DNA from: a bacterium
GTDB lineage: Bacteria > RBG-13-61-14 > DATKZS01
Assembly: GCA_963674965.2 (NCBI GenBank)
Contig: CAXXFL010000002.1
Span: forward strand, 576,001-640,000
DNA length: 64,000 bases
Reading direction: 5' to 3'
Part shown: piece by piece, positions 61,694-64,000 of the stretch
Layout of the letters: each line of letters opens with the position of its first letter
Position numbering within the stretch: position 1 is the first letter of the stretch
Notes under the pieces: model-generated
The model's database searches: none
What the model was told of the DNA's origin: nothing
What the model saw: only the letters and a program-made list of their open reading frames with translations
Translations under genes and position numbers: made by a program

Positions 61694-61839
61694 TATAGTG
61701 GTTGAATACGCTCTCACGTCAAAAAACCACCCTAACCAAGCCAGAGGCCCGGCGAATACGTCGGGCCTCGAACTTTTGCCTTGAGCGATGGCCCGCGTCG
61801 CAATAAAATAAGGTAAATCCGGGAAAGGAAGACCGAGCC

Positions 61840-62121
61840 ATGATAAACATCGAACTTACCGAGCATGAGCGGGACCTCATTCGTCTGTGGATCGAGAACG
61901 TGCAGATGGAAGGCCAGCACTGGGGCGACGGCATGGCCGTTTTCCCCGACGAAAAAATGGTTATAGACAAACTCGACAGGCCCGGCGGCCTGCGGTTCAC
62001 CAGGTTCCACCTCGAGCTGGTTCTCGATTGGGCCAAGTCCACTCACGGCAACGCCGCCTTTACGGTGGACGAGCTTAACCTGCTGGATAAAATCGGGAAG
62101 GCGCTGGCCGAGTCAAAATGA
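61840..62121 (+). CDS. Small hypothetical protein
   Basis: The stop overlaps the start of the next gene (ATGA); codon usage is host-like. Confidence 0.65.
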   Translation: MINIELTEHERDLIRLWIENVQMEGQHWGDGMAVFPDEKMVIDKLDRPGGLRFTRFHLELVLDWAKSTHGNAAFTVDELNLLDKIGKALAESK

Positions 62122-63452
62122 AGTCGTCGATGAAAAAGGACGCGCTCCTCCTGGCCAGAAGGCTCCGGGAGGCGGGCTATGAGTCATACCTGGTCGGCGG
62201 CTGCGTTCGCGACGCCCTGATGGGCATAAGGCCCAAGGATTACGACATAGCCACCAGCGCTCTTCCCGGGGAGGTGATGGGGCTTTTTAAAAAGACCATA
62301 CCCGTGGGCGCCCAGTTCGGCGTGGTCATCGTACGCTTTCGGGGCCAAAACTACGAGGTCGCCACCTTCCGGGAGGAATGGGGATACGAGGACGGCAGAA
62401 GGCCCGATGGGGTCCGCTTCACCACGGCCAGGCAAGACGCGAAGAGACGGGACTTCACCATCAACGGCCTTTTCTACGACCCGGTGGAAGACAAGGTCAT
62501 CGACCACGTGGGCGGCCAAAGGGACTTGGAGCGCGGCGTGATCCGGGCCATCGGCGACCCTGACGCTCGCTTCGATGAGGACAAGCTGAGGATGCTTCGG
62601 GCGGTGAGGTTTTACGCCCGCCTCGGGTTCGGGATCGAGAAGAAAACGGCCGCGGCGATCAGGCAAAGGGCCGGGGAGATAAACCAGGTGAGCGCGGAAA
62701 GGGTAGGGGAGGAGATCGGAAGGGTCCTAACCCAGGGCGGCGCGGCCGGGGGGATACGGATGATGGACGAGCTTTTGCTACTCGAGCAAGTCCTGCCCGA
62801 GGTCAAGGCCATGAGGGGCGTCGAGCAGCCCGCGGCCTTTCACCCGGAGGGAGACGTGTTCGAGCACACCATGATCATGCTCGAGTCCATGAAGCCCCGC
62901 TACGGATCGCGTATCGAGTTCGCCATGGCCGTCCTGTTGCACGACGTGGGCAAGCCTCCCACCTTCGAGGTCTCGGACAGGATCAGGTTCAACGGCCACG
63001 CCTCGGTGGGCGAGAGGATGGCGGCCAAAATTATGAGGCGGCTTCGGTACCCGAACGAGAAGATATCCATAGTTAAGGAACTGGTGCGGGACCATCTGAA
63101 GTTTATCGACGTTCCCCGCATGAGGCCCTCCACGTTGAAGCGCTTTCTCAGGGCGGACCATTTCGACCTCCACCTCGAGCTTCACCGCCTCGACTGCCTG
63201 GCCAGCCACGGCGACCTCTCCAATTACCGCCTGTGCCGCTCGGCTCTCCGGGAGATGAAGGACGACGTGAAGAAACTCCGGCCGCCCCGCCTTATAAGCG
63301 GCGACGACCTCATCGATATGGGCCTCGCGCCGGGCCCTGACTTCAAGCTCATCCTGACGGCCGTGGAGGACGCCCAACTGGAAGGCCGCATTACCACCCG
63401 CGACGAGGCCCTGAACTTCGCGAGGGACTTTCATGTTCCAAGGGAAGAATAG
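62118..63452 (+). CDS. cca: CCA tRNA nucleotidyltransferase / poly(A) polymerase family with HD domain
   Basis: VGGCVRD, DYDIAT, RRDFTING, EDKLRMLRAVRF, LLHDVGKP. Confidence 0.92.
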   Translation: MKSSMKKDALLLARRLREAGYESYLVGGCVRDALMGIRPKDYDIATSALPGEVMGLFKKTIPVGAQFGVVIVRFRGQNYEVATFREEWGYEDGRRPDGVRFTTARQDAKRRDFTINGLFYDPVEDKVIDHVGGQRDLERGVIRAIGDPDARFDEDKLRMLRAVRFYARLGFGIEKKTAAAIRQRAGEINQVSAERVGEEIGRVLTQGGAAGGIRMMDELLLLEQVLPEVKAMRGVEQPAAFHPEGDVFEHTMIMLESMKPRYGSRIEFAMAVLLHDVGKPPTFEVSDRIRFNGHASVGERMAAKIMRRLRYPNEKISIVKELVRDHLKFIDVPRMRPSTLKRFLRADHFDLHLELHRLDCLASHGDLSNYRLCRSALREMKDDVKKLRPPRLISGDDLIDMGLAPGPDFKLILTAVEDAQLEGRITTRDEALNFARDFHVPREE

Positions 63453-63512
63453 GTTTTAAATACATGGAGTAAAAAGTAATCGCGAGCCATCAATTTGCAT
63501 CACCTCTCAATA

Positions 63513-63679
63513 ACCCGAAGGGTGATATTTGAATAGCCGGAAGGTATTCCTATGAGACAAACGCCCCTGAAGGGGGCGGACAAGAAAGAGGTCCGACCCC
63601 CGCGGGGCCGAAATATCCATCCCATTCGTTCCGTAGGCCAATGGGCCTACGGCTATTCAAATCAGTCCCCCGCGGGGAC
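63513..63679. repeat. Multi-hairpin inverted-repeat element (family C, single copy)
   Basis: ATTTGAATAGCCG / CGGCTATTCAAAT inverted pair, CCGTAGGCC-AATG-GGCCTACGG and two CCCCGCGGGG palindromes. Confidence 0.7.
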
Positions 63680-63710
63680 ATGACGCATGACAATATTTAT
63701 CCGCTCGTTA

Positions 63711-64000
63711 CTATTCTGAATCCGGTTTCGCCTTTCCCTTCAAATCCTCCAGTTCTTTCATGGCCAGGGGCATGAAGATGAGGCCCACGCCTCCGCGGAA
63801 GATAAGCTTGACCGCGGGGATGAAGAGGGTGGCGGCGGCTATCTCCTCGGCCCCGCCGTACATGGAGAAGAAGGTTATCCAGGCCACGGTGGTGGTGCCG
63901 AACTGGCCGAAGGCGATGGGCAGGGCGGATATGACCGACACCAGGGGAATGCAAAAAAGGAAATATAAAAATGGCACGCGAATCCCAAAGGCGTGGGCCA
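63711..64000 (-). CDS. Lysylphosphatidylglycerol synthase TM / flippase-like membrane protein (3' part)
   Basis: The frame is open to the window end; LPI.FG.FG motif and hydrophobic helices. Confidence 0.65.
   Translation of the reverse strand, partial: AHAFGIRVPFLYFLFCIPLVSVISALPIAFGQFGTTTVAWITFFSMYGGAEEIAAATLFIPAVKLIFRGGVGLIFMPLAMKELEDLKGKAKPDSE

Overview
This is a GC-rich bacterial chromosomal window whose gene content resembles Deltaproteobacteria/Desulfobacterota (taxonomy is inferred). The housekeeping backbone comprises lptCAB-rpoN-hpf-ptsN-hprK-EIIA-HPr-ptsI-metK-ahcY-tkt, an LPS core glycosyltransferase cluster, a TetR-MFP-RND pump, an ECF sigma/anti-sigma pair, an MMPL transporter, xerD and a CCA-adding enzyme. 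The most interesting layer is non-coding. (A) Four copies of a 186-bp element consist of a GGAG-type REP doublet enclosed by 15-bp terminal inverted repeats; three copies have perfect 4-bp target duplications, and one is split by an IS481 element inserted in the REP loop. (B) A second family of GTAA-type REP-cluster repeats (190-228 bp) separates three AT-rich, co-oriented accessory genes. One copy is flanked by a 25-bp duplication and is interrupted by an IS110-family (IS1111-type) element. The 3' non-coding region of that element contains directly readable bridge/seekRNA-like guides that match both strands of the REP target, and probably also its own circle junction. No CRISPR array, tRNA, rRNA, reverse transcriptase, integron integrase or RAYT gene was recognised. 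All calls were made by eye, without database searches.
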